From positions 1-44,307 of the forward strand of contig MU271562.1 in assembly GCA_021432655.1 (NCBI GenBank): DNA of 44,307 nt, in the 5' to 3' direction. How positions within the stretch are numbered: position 1 is the stretch's first letter; every line of letters begins with the position of its first letter. Source of the stretch: Atractiella rhizophila (lineage: Eukaryota). Positions 35,128 through 44,307 of the stretch are shown piece after piece. The notes under the pieces were generated by a model. That model was not told the DNA's origin. It made no database searches and saw only the letters and a list, made by a program, of their open reading frames with translations. The translations under genes and the position numbers were made by a program.

Positions 35128-37165
35128 ATGCATATTAGCGAGTCTGACGGTACTACATTATGAGCCGTTTGAAATCAACGAATTCGAGCTCGAGACCCTC
35201 GATGCAGAAATTCAAGAGGCTGCAGTGCAGGATCGGAACAGAAACAGCAGTGCCAGGTCACTAGGAAGAAGGTCTGTTAGCAGTGCAGAGTATCAGTGAG
35301 CATTAGCAGAGCGTGCACAGGCGATGTGGGATCAGTATGAGGTCACGGTACTAAGGAGAGAAAGAACGGGGCAGAGAGGCAGAGGAAATGGGAGAGGGAG
35401 GACTTGAAGGGACTTTGTAGGATACAGACTCAGAGCAGCGGCAATATCAAGCAGTAAAGACAGTGCATTTCAAGAGAGGGTAAAGAACATTTTGAGGATC
35501 AAGCAGCTATTGCTAGACAGGAGTGACACCAAATTTCCGACAGACATCAGACATATATTCCTGCCTCTCATCATCCGCTTCTTCTTCCTTAAATTTCGAC
35601 AATAGCAGGATGTTCCCTGAACAACTCAAAGACTCCCGCTATGCTGAAATCAACAAACAATTTATCTTGAATTCGGAACAGATTGCAAGCTTCCTGGAGC
35701 GGAGTAGTAGCTGGAGTGGGAGGTTTCTGATCAGGAATAATGTAACCATCAGTGAATGCTCCTGCAGTCGCCCATTGAATAACAGAACAGAGAAAGCAGC
35801 AATGACAAACCTTGACGGAGCAAGGTATTGAAATCCGTGAAGGACTCACCAATACTCACTAATCCCATCGCTCCAGTCATTCTGATTCTCTTAGGAGGTC
35901 CCGCAGAGACGGTGTTGGGATCAGCAGGCCGTTTCTTGTTGCTGTACATGGCAGGAGTAGCAACATCGGTTTGTCGGTTTGTTCCTTGATGACCGGTTAG
36001 TTCAGTAAATACATGAGCAAGGCTAAGAAAAGATGCACCTTTTCTTCATCTGAAGCAGCAGCCCACTCATCTGCCAGCTGTCTGTCCCTCTCCTCCACCA
36101 TCATAGAATGACCCTCCGTCAACTCTGAGTCTTCCGCTCCAGGATCAATCGCTGCTGCCCCTGTCACTGCTGAGTCCTGGCACATTTCAAGCATCTTTGG
36201 CCAGAGCTGCCAAGGATCACGGAACTTCTTGTTCTTCGGATTCTTCTATTCGGTTACAATTGTTAGAACTAGTGGAAAAAGCGAAAGCAAAGCACACACC
36301 TCAATGTACTCCTCCCAAACACTATCATGGACAACTGGATGATAGCAATCAGAATTCCAGCCCCAGCCCGACTTGTATTTCAATTGATTGTAGATTTTGA
36401 ACTTCGCGACAAGCTACAAACACCTTAACCCATTGAACTGTAGCCCGGGGAGAGACGTGCCCCGCGAAACTTGCTTTGGCATGAGCTGGCATCCTTGATG
36501 CCTCCATGACTGTTTCCCTGAAACTTGGTTGCACAATCATTGAATGCTTTCTCCTTGAATCCACCTTGAGGGCGATCTCCAGAGTCCAGATGGGAGGAAG
36601 AGTGTCGACGAGAATCTGTTCATCCATAGCCGACCAGATGGCCTTCTCAGTCTTCCGTTCCTTCTTATTGGCTGGAGTTCCCGAATCGGCCCTAGTAACA
36701 CTCTGTTTGGCCATTGATCTCGCGTGTCGCACGTCGTAGGGAGGGAGGAGTGCTGAGTGCTGATTGTAGTTTGCTGCACAAATTGGGAACGGATGTTGAG
36801 GAGGCTGCTTTATAGGGATTTGGAGGGAGACTGAATGACAGGACAGCATCCTACCGGTGAGACTTGCGATGATTGTCAGAAAGGAGAGGGGAAGCTGTTT
36901 GGTTGGAGACAGTGCTGATCATCGGGCAGTCCGAAACATGTCCGGTTGTTCTCGCAGCAACGAAATCACAAATTTGGGATCGAAATACAGCTCCAAGGCT
37001 CGATTTCGATTTTTCGAATCCTGGCTGGGGTGAATTGCAATTCGCAGATTTGTGAATTGCAATTTTTCGGCAGCGAAACGGTACCGTGAATTGCCTGATT
37101 AGGGTCCAATTCACGCCAATTCACCCCAGCCAAAATTTCAAACTTGGATGTTGCCAAACAGGCTC
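35128..37165. mobile_element. Degenerate two-gene PIF/Harbinger transposon (right part)
   Basis: A transposase tail on + (ILASLTVLH..EPFEINEF...ERAQAMWDQY, 35128-35345) converges with a Myb/SANT gene on -. TGAATTG/CAATTCA subterminal repeats lie at about 37030-37125, and the TIR GTTGCCAAACAGGCTC ends at 37165, followed by TCA. Confidence 0.82.
35520..36714 (-). pseudogene. Harbinger-associated Myb/SANT-like DNA-binding protein (frameshifted)
   Basis: MAKQ...KAIWSAMDEQILVDTL, a frameshift, then HLDSGDRPQGGFKEKAFNDCATKF...KDASSCQSKFRG. Downstream exons contain stops. Confidence 0.78.
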
Positions 37166-37674
37166 TCAGTGAGGCGGTCGAATTATTAGGTAAGATAGTT
37201 TGGCGGAGCACGTGACCCACCACCTACCACCATTTCCTCCTCACGAAGGCGGGTTCGAGACTACTTTCCCTCCCCCCAACTCGACACGATCCATCCATCC
37301 CAAATATGCATTGTTTGCCCAACAGTCAGAGGCGTTCTTATTACTCCATAAACTTTTAAGACGGATGTTCCGCTCCTGCAAGGCACTTTTGTCAGCATAT
37401 CATTCTAGATTCTGCCATGCTCATATTGTGCCCAGGCGTCCTGACAGACTAGTCCTCCTGTCTTCTTTCCCCACGTCCTTTGCTTTCTAAATTCGCAAGA
37501 CCTTTCACAGTCCCAAGCTTCCCGCAAACACAGGAACGCGACATCTTTCTGTCCCTCCCCTGATATTGGACGAACTAGTTGGACCCCGTTTGTGCGTTTT
37601 TGAGGTTTGGAATTCTAGTCAAGATGCGTTCAGTTACGTCAGGCGACGATGCAAAGCAGGCATGATTTGTAACC

Positions 37675-38193
37675 CTCTACCTGCGTCTCTCTAACCTATG
37701 TCCTCTCCCTACCTCCATCTCAGACTACCCTCTGCCGCCTCTTCTATATCATCTCAAGGTGGTGCTTGCCCCCTGCTCCGATGATGGAAAGGCCTCCATT
37801 CTACACACTCCGCTCGACTTATCACACCTCACAAACCTCACACACCTGTCACTCGACGGAGGCGAAGAGTCTTCAAACCTCCTTTCTCACCGGTTCTTTA
37901 GCACTCTCAAAAATGCAACAATGATCCGTACTATCAACATCCAGTACTGCATGGTGGCATGGTCCGATTTCCCAGACTTCATCTGCTGGTTCTTTGGCGA
38001 TTGGCAGGTGAGGGGAACCAAGAGGGAGCATCGAGTTGATGGAGAGGCTATGGGGAAACATCTTGGTGTTCGTTTATTATTTGCAGAGTGGCACGAGGAG
38101 GAGATCATGATTGCAAGGAGGACAATGGAAGAATGCGGAGTGAGAGAAGATGGAGTGTGGCAGCCGTCTGGCGTTTGGGAGTCTGGTGAATAA
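37675..38193 (+). pseudogene. C-terminal fragment of an F-box/LRR-like paralog
   Basis: LSNLCPLP..., ILHTPLDLSHLTNLTHLSLDGGEESSNL..RFFSTLKNA, FPDFICWFFGDWQVRG, WHEEEI match residues encoded at about 32545-33030. No upstream homology was seen. Confidence 0.8.
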
Positions 38194-39989
38194 GAGAAAC
38201 ATTTAAATGTAACTGCTTGTTGATCAACGGGATATAGGGGGGGTTGTGCAGTGAACAAAGCTGACTTCGCCGTCCCGCACCAGCTCTCGCATGACTACTC
38301 TCAGCTGTACCTCAGAGCAGTCTTGCACTCGTCTACAGCTCCATACAATGTGGCGTTCTTATCCCGGAGCAGTGGAAGGAACTACCATGTGCTCGAACAC
38401 CAAGACAGGAACATCGATCGATAACGATCGACAGTCGTTGCGTACAATTTGGACACGAGACTCCGCATGTGAGATGAGAGCGCGTATTGGAAGGCGTTCG
38501 TTCGTTTCTATCAGGCACTCTGGAGAAGAACTTGCCTGGAATCTCAAGCTTTTGGAGATTCTCGCGTTTGAAATAGAGGCTTGAAGCTTAACGTGGATTC
38601 ACACCGGATGGGGATGGGAGCACCTTGAATGTCTGAATGTCTTTCGTCTTCAATACTAGCGCAATCGTCGATTACACCGACTACACCACCAAAAGTCGAG
38701 GAAGAAGAGTAAACTTGTCACGGTGTACCCTATGTTTTTTCGGTTTGAGTGCAGGTCAGAAGCGCTACTGCTCTTTGCCTGGAAGTGCCGAGCAGCATTT
38801 GGGGGTCAGCGTTCTGCCCTGTCCCATTCTGTGCAGTCTTGCCTGTTGTCTTATGCGGGCTCTTGTGCCCTGTCTGTACGAAAGCGTTCAATCCAGGCTT
38901 ACGAGCATGCACAATCTCCCCGCGCTAACCAACAGGCATATGCCCCAACACCTTGTTCTCATATACCATTGCTTTGCGAAGCCACTGGAGGAGCTGCTTG
39001 CAAAGACCTCACAAACAATCATTGTCCAAGTGTATCTCAATCCATCCATTCTGACGGCTGCACTCGGCTGCTCTGGCCAAGAATACTGAGAATATGGGAG
39101 CATGGCCAATTCTAATGCATTCTTGACCAATGTGTAGTAAACTTCAATGCCCTGAGTCCAAACATGCTGAAGCTACATACAAGTAGATCAGTAGAGCTAT
39201 AATCCGGGGAACTTTTTCAAGCAAAGTGAAGAACTTGAGCAAACCGCAATCATACTAAATAATTATTAGTAAAGTTTTGCAAACAGAGACAAATGCTAAA
39301 AATGCGGGGCGAATAAGCGGAGCAATAAAGTTTTCAGTAACTGGTTTCAATTTTTAACGACAAACAAACCAAGTGATGGGAGATAACTCTTGCTGCAACA
39401 TCATGTAAAAAAAGCAGTGTTTTTCTTTTGGTTGAGTATGCTGGCACAAGAACGGAAGTTGTCACTTTGGGAAAAAGCAAAGGCAAACACACAGGGCGAG
39501 GAGATTGGTGAGCGGGCTATCTGACAGTGAATTTGACAGGTGATTGAAGATCGAAAAACACTGTAGCGCATATGAAAGAAGAACGACAAGTTGGAGGTTT
39601 CCAAGATGATGGACGGACTGGTGGGGAATGATGAAGTAAATGAACAATTTGTCTCAACCAAACGCGGAATCGATCCATTGTGCTTGGTCGAAAGGGGTAA
39701 GCACCTAGGCTTTTGGGTCATCTCGCTCCTCTCGATATCGCTTGCAACATCCTGGACAACCCGAAAACATCACATCAGTCTTTCTCTCCCTACTTCTGCA
39801 ACGATGAGTGACGTACTCGGCATCATCTGGTCCTCTCATTTCCACACTCATCCTCCTCCCTCTCTGGTAACTCCCCAACTCATTCATTCCACTCATCCCG
39901 ACGACACTAGGGAGCCTCGGCCTCCCCAACCCCATCCCCATCCCAGTCGACGGCCTTTGTATCTTGATGCCCAAGCCTCCCATTCCCCG

Positions 39990-40837
39990 ATCAACGTCCA
40001 TCATATTGTCTCCCTCATACCCGTACGGAGAGTAATTGTATTCGCTGCTCGCTCTCGAGGAGATGGGAGAGGGATTGGAGGAGCGTCCCCAGGAGGAGGA
40101 GGGGGACGCGGCCCGGAGGGGTTGTGATTGGGTTGGTTGGGGAGACGGGGCCCTCATGCCGAACATTCCTCTGGCTTGCTGCTGACGCTGCTGCGTTTGA
40201 GGTCCGGGGCTTGGTGCTCTTCTACCGAAGAGACCGAAGAGACCTCCTGATGATTGAGGCGGAGTCGGTGGTCGTGTGGCCTGAGGAGGCGGAGTCGAGG
40301 CTCTCATTCCACCGAAGAGTCCGCGAGAGGGTATCCATCATATCGTCTGGTTGGTAGTGAGAGTGATTGTATTCGCTGCTCGTTCTCGACGTGGGAGAGG
40401 GATTGGAAGAGCGTCCCCAGAAAGAGCGGGAGGCGGAGTTGGGGGAAGCGGACCGCAGTGGTTGGGATTGCGTCGGTTGCGGAGAGGGGGCCCTCATGCC
40501 GAACATTCCTCTGGCTTGCTGAGGCTGCTGCTGCGTTTGAGGTGAGGGACTTGACGCTCTTCTACCGAAGAGACCTCCTGATGATTGAGGCGGAGCCGGT
40601 GGTCGTGTGGAGACAGGGGAGGCGGACCTGAGGGGTTGGGATTGGGTTGGTCGCGGAGACGGGGCCCTCATACCGAACATTCCTCTGGCTTGCTGCTGAG
40701 GCAGCTGCGTTTGAGGTCCGGGGCTTGGTGCTCTTCTACCGAAGAGACCTCGTGGTGATTGAGGCAAAGCCGGTGGTCGTATGGCTTGAGGAGGGGGAGT
40801 CGAGGCTCTCATTCCACCGAAGAGACCGCGAGAGGGT
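39990..40837 (-). repeat. Coding tandem repeats, three units encoding GLFGRRAPSP...QQARGMFGMRAPSP..PTQSQPLR
   Basis: CCCTCAT(G/A)CCGAACATTCCTCTGGCTTGCTG at 40151, 40491 and 40665. CCGCGAGAGGGT at 40321 and 40826. Confidence 0.9.
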
Positions 40838-42263
40838 TGAGTTTGGGGTTGTGTAGGAGGACGTGTCTGCATGAGAGCAAGTCGGGCGTTTGCGGTGTTC
40901 GTCGAAGAAGAAGGCAGACCGCTTCTCCCGAAGAAGTTCGGACGAGGTTGCTGTTGGGCTTGGGATTGGGAGTAAGAAGGGAAGGGAGCAGGTTGAGCCT
41001 GCGCTGGACGACCAGCGAACATCAATGTTGAAGGACGAGGTGGGGGTGTGACAGCCCGTACCGAAAGGGGATTAGAACTTCTTGTTGAGCGCGAACCAAA
41101 GAATCCTCCTGAGAGACCATTCCCAGCGAAAAAGATGGGACGAGATTGAGATTGAGGTTCGACATCACTCATCCCACTCGTCTCACTCAGCCCAGGCGGG
41201 CCCCCACTCTCCATCGCAGTCTGGGGTCCCATTACCTCTCCTCCTCTGTTTTCGATACCTATCTGATCAACATCCATCATGTCTTCCCCTTGGTAATCAG
41301 TGTATTCGCTGCTTGTCGTCAGGCCGCTAGAAGGTTCACGCTTTATTGGAGGAGGAGGAGACTCATCAAAGAAACCGCCAGACGGTTCACGCTTTATTGG
41401 AGGAGGAGGAGACTGACTGAGAGAAGATTGTTGTTGCCATCGAGCTTCTTGTTGCGGAGGGAGAGTTCCGGTCTGTTCGGGATGACGTTGAGCGTCCAAT
41501 GAATTCATTGTCAATGAAAAAGACGAGAAATCATTCTTTAGAAACAATGCTGGACGAAGTTGAGCTTTGGTTACGGTAGAGGAGGTACGGATTTGAGGTG
41601 GCGGCGACGGAAGGGTGAGACGACCGCCAAATAAATCGGACGAAGGCGGACTAGAACTAGCTGGGGGTGACTTGGACGAGCCGGAAGAGCTGGTCAAACT
41701 CGAACTGCGAGCAAAAAGTCTTCCGCTTTCACGTCTGTTTCGAAGGTTGAAGTATGTTCCCGGCGGCACTTGAACCGAATTAAGCAAGTGATCCTGGCTG
41801 ACTCGCGGAAGGGTGTCGAAGTTCTTCTCGATGTAGTACGCAACGAGGTTCCAACTCTCTCCTACCTTGTTCTCGTCCATCCGACGATTGATGGAGACAG
41901 AGATTCTAGTTAGTGCTGGGCAACCAGGCCTGAAGACACGCTCGGTGTAAGTCCGGAAGCCACGTGAGTCTTGAGATCGACCACACTAAGGTTCGAACGA
42001 TTGATGAAAACAAAAGGTCAGTAATTGTGTTCGACTTGTAGAGAGGAACAACTGAGCACCTTCAAGTGATCTGTCCACTGACCTATCCCGCTCCTGCCTT
42101 TTTCATACACAAAAACACTACCGTGTTGGATTACCTTCTCCAGTTCCTGCTTATTCACTCTCGTGGTAATTGCTGAGAGGTGCCTTTCGACACAAGCATG
42201 AACGATCTTTTCTACGTCCTGCATGTTGGAAACGGAACCGTACCAGGTAGGTTGTAGGGACAT
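40222..42263 (-). CDS. Divergent Gti1/Pac2 (WOPR-box) transcription factor with a low-complexity repeat tail
   Basis: MSLQPTWYGSVSNMQDVEKIVHAC...IQHGSVFVYEKGRSGIGQWTDHLK, an intron, then CGRSQDSRGFRTYTE...SWNLVAYY...LPRVSQDHLLNSVQVPPGTY. An out-of-frame continuation runs to 39705. Confidence 0.85.
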
Positions 42264-42868
42264 GATGGTTCTGGAAGAATCGTTAATGGTTGAGATTGGT
42301 GTGACCAATAGGTTTGGCAAAGCAATTTCGACTACAGGGCTGAGCGCCACCAAAACCAAGTGAGCTAGCTTAGAAACTTGTAAGTTGTGACCGAAAAACA
42401 GATGCACTGGCAGTGGGGTGTGAGTTCCAGTCCTTAAGGTGCCGCAACTGTTGAAGGAGTTTTCTGGGCGACGTGGATGCCCTGCATCGACGCCAATTCA
42501 TGGTCATTGAATGATATGGATCATGGGTTCGGATACTTTGCAAGTCGGGCGCAAAGGCTCGGCTGCGTTTGCATTTGTTTATTTTAGTTAGCCGTTTCTC
42601 ATCATTTTCATGATCGTGTGAAAGATCTCAACAACAACAACATTGACATGAAATAAGCAGGCAACCTTGAACATCAGGACGTCCCTTGCCTCGCAAATCC
42701 CAACACCAGTTCAAAGCCAATTTCCCAGCTTACTGACTTCGACTAATCCATCTAGCTCACCGTCTCGTGGAGATGAGCAAGTTTCGTCGCGCAACGAGGC
42801 AATGCCAGCATGATCTGATGATCATCAGCACTGATGTTAGCCCTTTCCTTCTCCTCCTGTGTCATTAG

Positions 42869-44307
42869 GCATGTATTATCGTGGATCTACAGGCGGACTC
42901 AATCGCTCTAGTCAATCTCATCACCCCAGCTAAATTCAGCACTTTGCTCTACCTCTCCATTCTTCCCTCCTTTCTATCTCGCCTCCCTATGACATTTCAA
43001 ACGCTCCGGATCACATTCATCTTCCCTTCTGGATTCACAGATGAGACTCCTCTAAAGGTGTCCACAAAACTGTCCTATTTCTCGCTCGAATGCCTTGAAA
43101 ATGCACACGAGAGAGATGGGGTCGCAAATCTACACATCGCCTTTGACTTGGAACATATCACAGTGACCTCTAGCTTTGGTCGAAGGCCTACAACGATCGA
43201 TATTGAATTTTTGCCGTTCAGCTTCACTCGCAATTATCCTCTTCTTTTAGAAAATATCTCTCAGGGCATCTTCACCCCTGTTGCCCGATACTCCAAAGGC
43301 AGACAGCGCTTCATCCCTTTTGGCGGCGATGAACCATCATCGTTCACATCATTCTCTGAAGATACCGCAACCATACAACTCTCGCTCTCCCCAACTTGGG
43401 ATGGTATTCGGCCTTTCACCCGCCTGCCAAGCGAGCTCCTTTGTAGCATCTTCGGTTTCCTGACGACCCGCGAAACTGACAAATTTCCCCAGCTTGTCCT
43501 TTCCAAAGTTTGCCATCCCTGGGAGGTCGTTTCGGCTGCTTATTGGACGGAGCCTACTTCGGTGAAACATAAGCATGCTCGTCTGAAACTATACCCTGGC
43601 GCTGGACGCTTATGGAAGGAGCTGAAGATCACTGAAGGTGACAATGCTGAACTCGTTAGAGAGGTAATCGTCCGCTCCCCGAATGTTAGGAAGGTGAGAG
43701 TGGATGCATTTTGGAGCAAGGAGGATGCGAAGATTGTGTTGGATGCGATTAAAGGCTTGACAATGCTGGATAGGTTAACCTTTGGAAATAATGGTTCGAG
43801 AAAGTGGAGGAAGGAGGAGGTGGAACCCTTTATGCAGATGATGTGTGGGAGTGTCAGGCGGTTAGAAGCTTACGAAGTAGAAGATCCTTCCACCTCCTCC
43901 ACTGTGGCATCAAAAGGATTTGGATCACTAAGCGGGCTCATCTCCTTAGACCTTTACAAATACCCATCTCTTTCACCGCTCCACCTCCCTCCTACTCTCC
44001 TAGAGCTGTATCTATCTGACCTCTGCCCCATCGACCCCTCATTCTCAACATCCCCATTACCATTGCATCTAAAGCGTCTCTCAATCAATCTTGCACCTCG
44101 CCTGGCTGATGGGAAAGTTTCTGTCCTACGCACTCCGTTCGATTTCTCACACCTTCGAGATCTCACCCACCTTTTCCTTGACGGTGGCGAGGAAGCGTCC
44201 AACATTGTTTCTCGCCAGTTATTCAGGACTCTCAAAGGCGCAAAGAGCCTAAAACACATAGACGTTCAGCACTGTGTGGTGGAGTGGCAAGATTTCAGAG
44301 AGTTCAT
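42869..44307 (+). CDS. F-box-like / LRR-like paralog, running off the window end
   Basis: Uninterrupted frame from an AG at 42867-42868: VNLITPAKFSTLLYLSILPSFLSRLP, FTRLPSELLCSIFGFL...LSKVCHPWEVVS, YPGAGRLW, DAFWSKEDAK, LFLDGGEEASNIV. It is colinear with 31333-33039 and absent from the ORF track because it has no stop in the window. Confidence 0.82.

Noticed and set aside
11235..37165. Inverted Harbinger-like TIRs bracketing about 26 kb as one giant cargo transposon
   Set aside because: The TIRs differ (GAGCCCGTTTGGCTGC vs GAGCCTGTTTGGCAAC), the flanking triplets differ (TTA vs TCA), and the interior is housekeeping genes. Independent relics are more parsimonious.
37245..37270. GGGTTCGAGA as a tRNA T-loop or B-box
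   Set aside because: The flanks do not form a cloverleaf.
39521..39529. CTGACAGTG as a CACTG-type CACTA/EnSpm terminus
   Set aside because: It is too short, with no partner TIR, TSD or recognisable transposase.
39990..40837. Repeats as a CRISPR-like or non-coding array
   Set aside because: The units are long, coding and lack unique spacers, and the context is eukaryotic.

Overview
Eukaryotic, intron-dense DNA (most introns about 45-70 nt), most consistent with a basidiomycete fungus; the taxon is my inference. 0.7-13.4 kb is an old tandem segmental duplication with reciprocal gene loss. Copy A keeps an intact bestrophin/UPF0187 channel gene and only a relic of a NOP13-like gene. Copy B keeps the intact NOP13-like gene and only a broken bestrophin. 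Both copies carry a dead protein-kinase-like gene, and copy B also has a PIF/Harbinger end and a BTB gene. 12.5-18.8 kb is a compact RNA-metabolism block. A NOP13-like RRM gene and PUS4/TruB sit head-to-head across 130 bp containing an RRPE-like motif, each with an unusually long, self-complementary first intron, followed by a DUF2433 metallophosphoesterase-like protein with an RGG tail. 19-29.4 kb holds a hypothetical (possibly BTB-like) gene, a START-domain gene, a putative GPI-anchored secreted protein and a serine racemase/dehydratase. 31-44.3 kb is an accessory zone with three paralogous F-box/LRR-like genes (one a fragment, one running off the window), CpG-decayed PIF/Harbinger remnants (transposase, Myb/SANT gene, TIR) and a divergent Gti1/Pac2 (WOPR) transcription factor with an expanding repeat tail. 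All gene models were spliced by eye and no database searches were run. No rRNA, tRNA or CRISPR was found.
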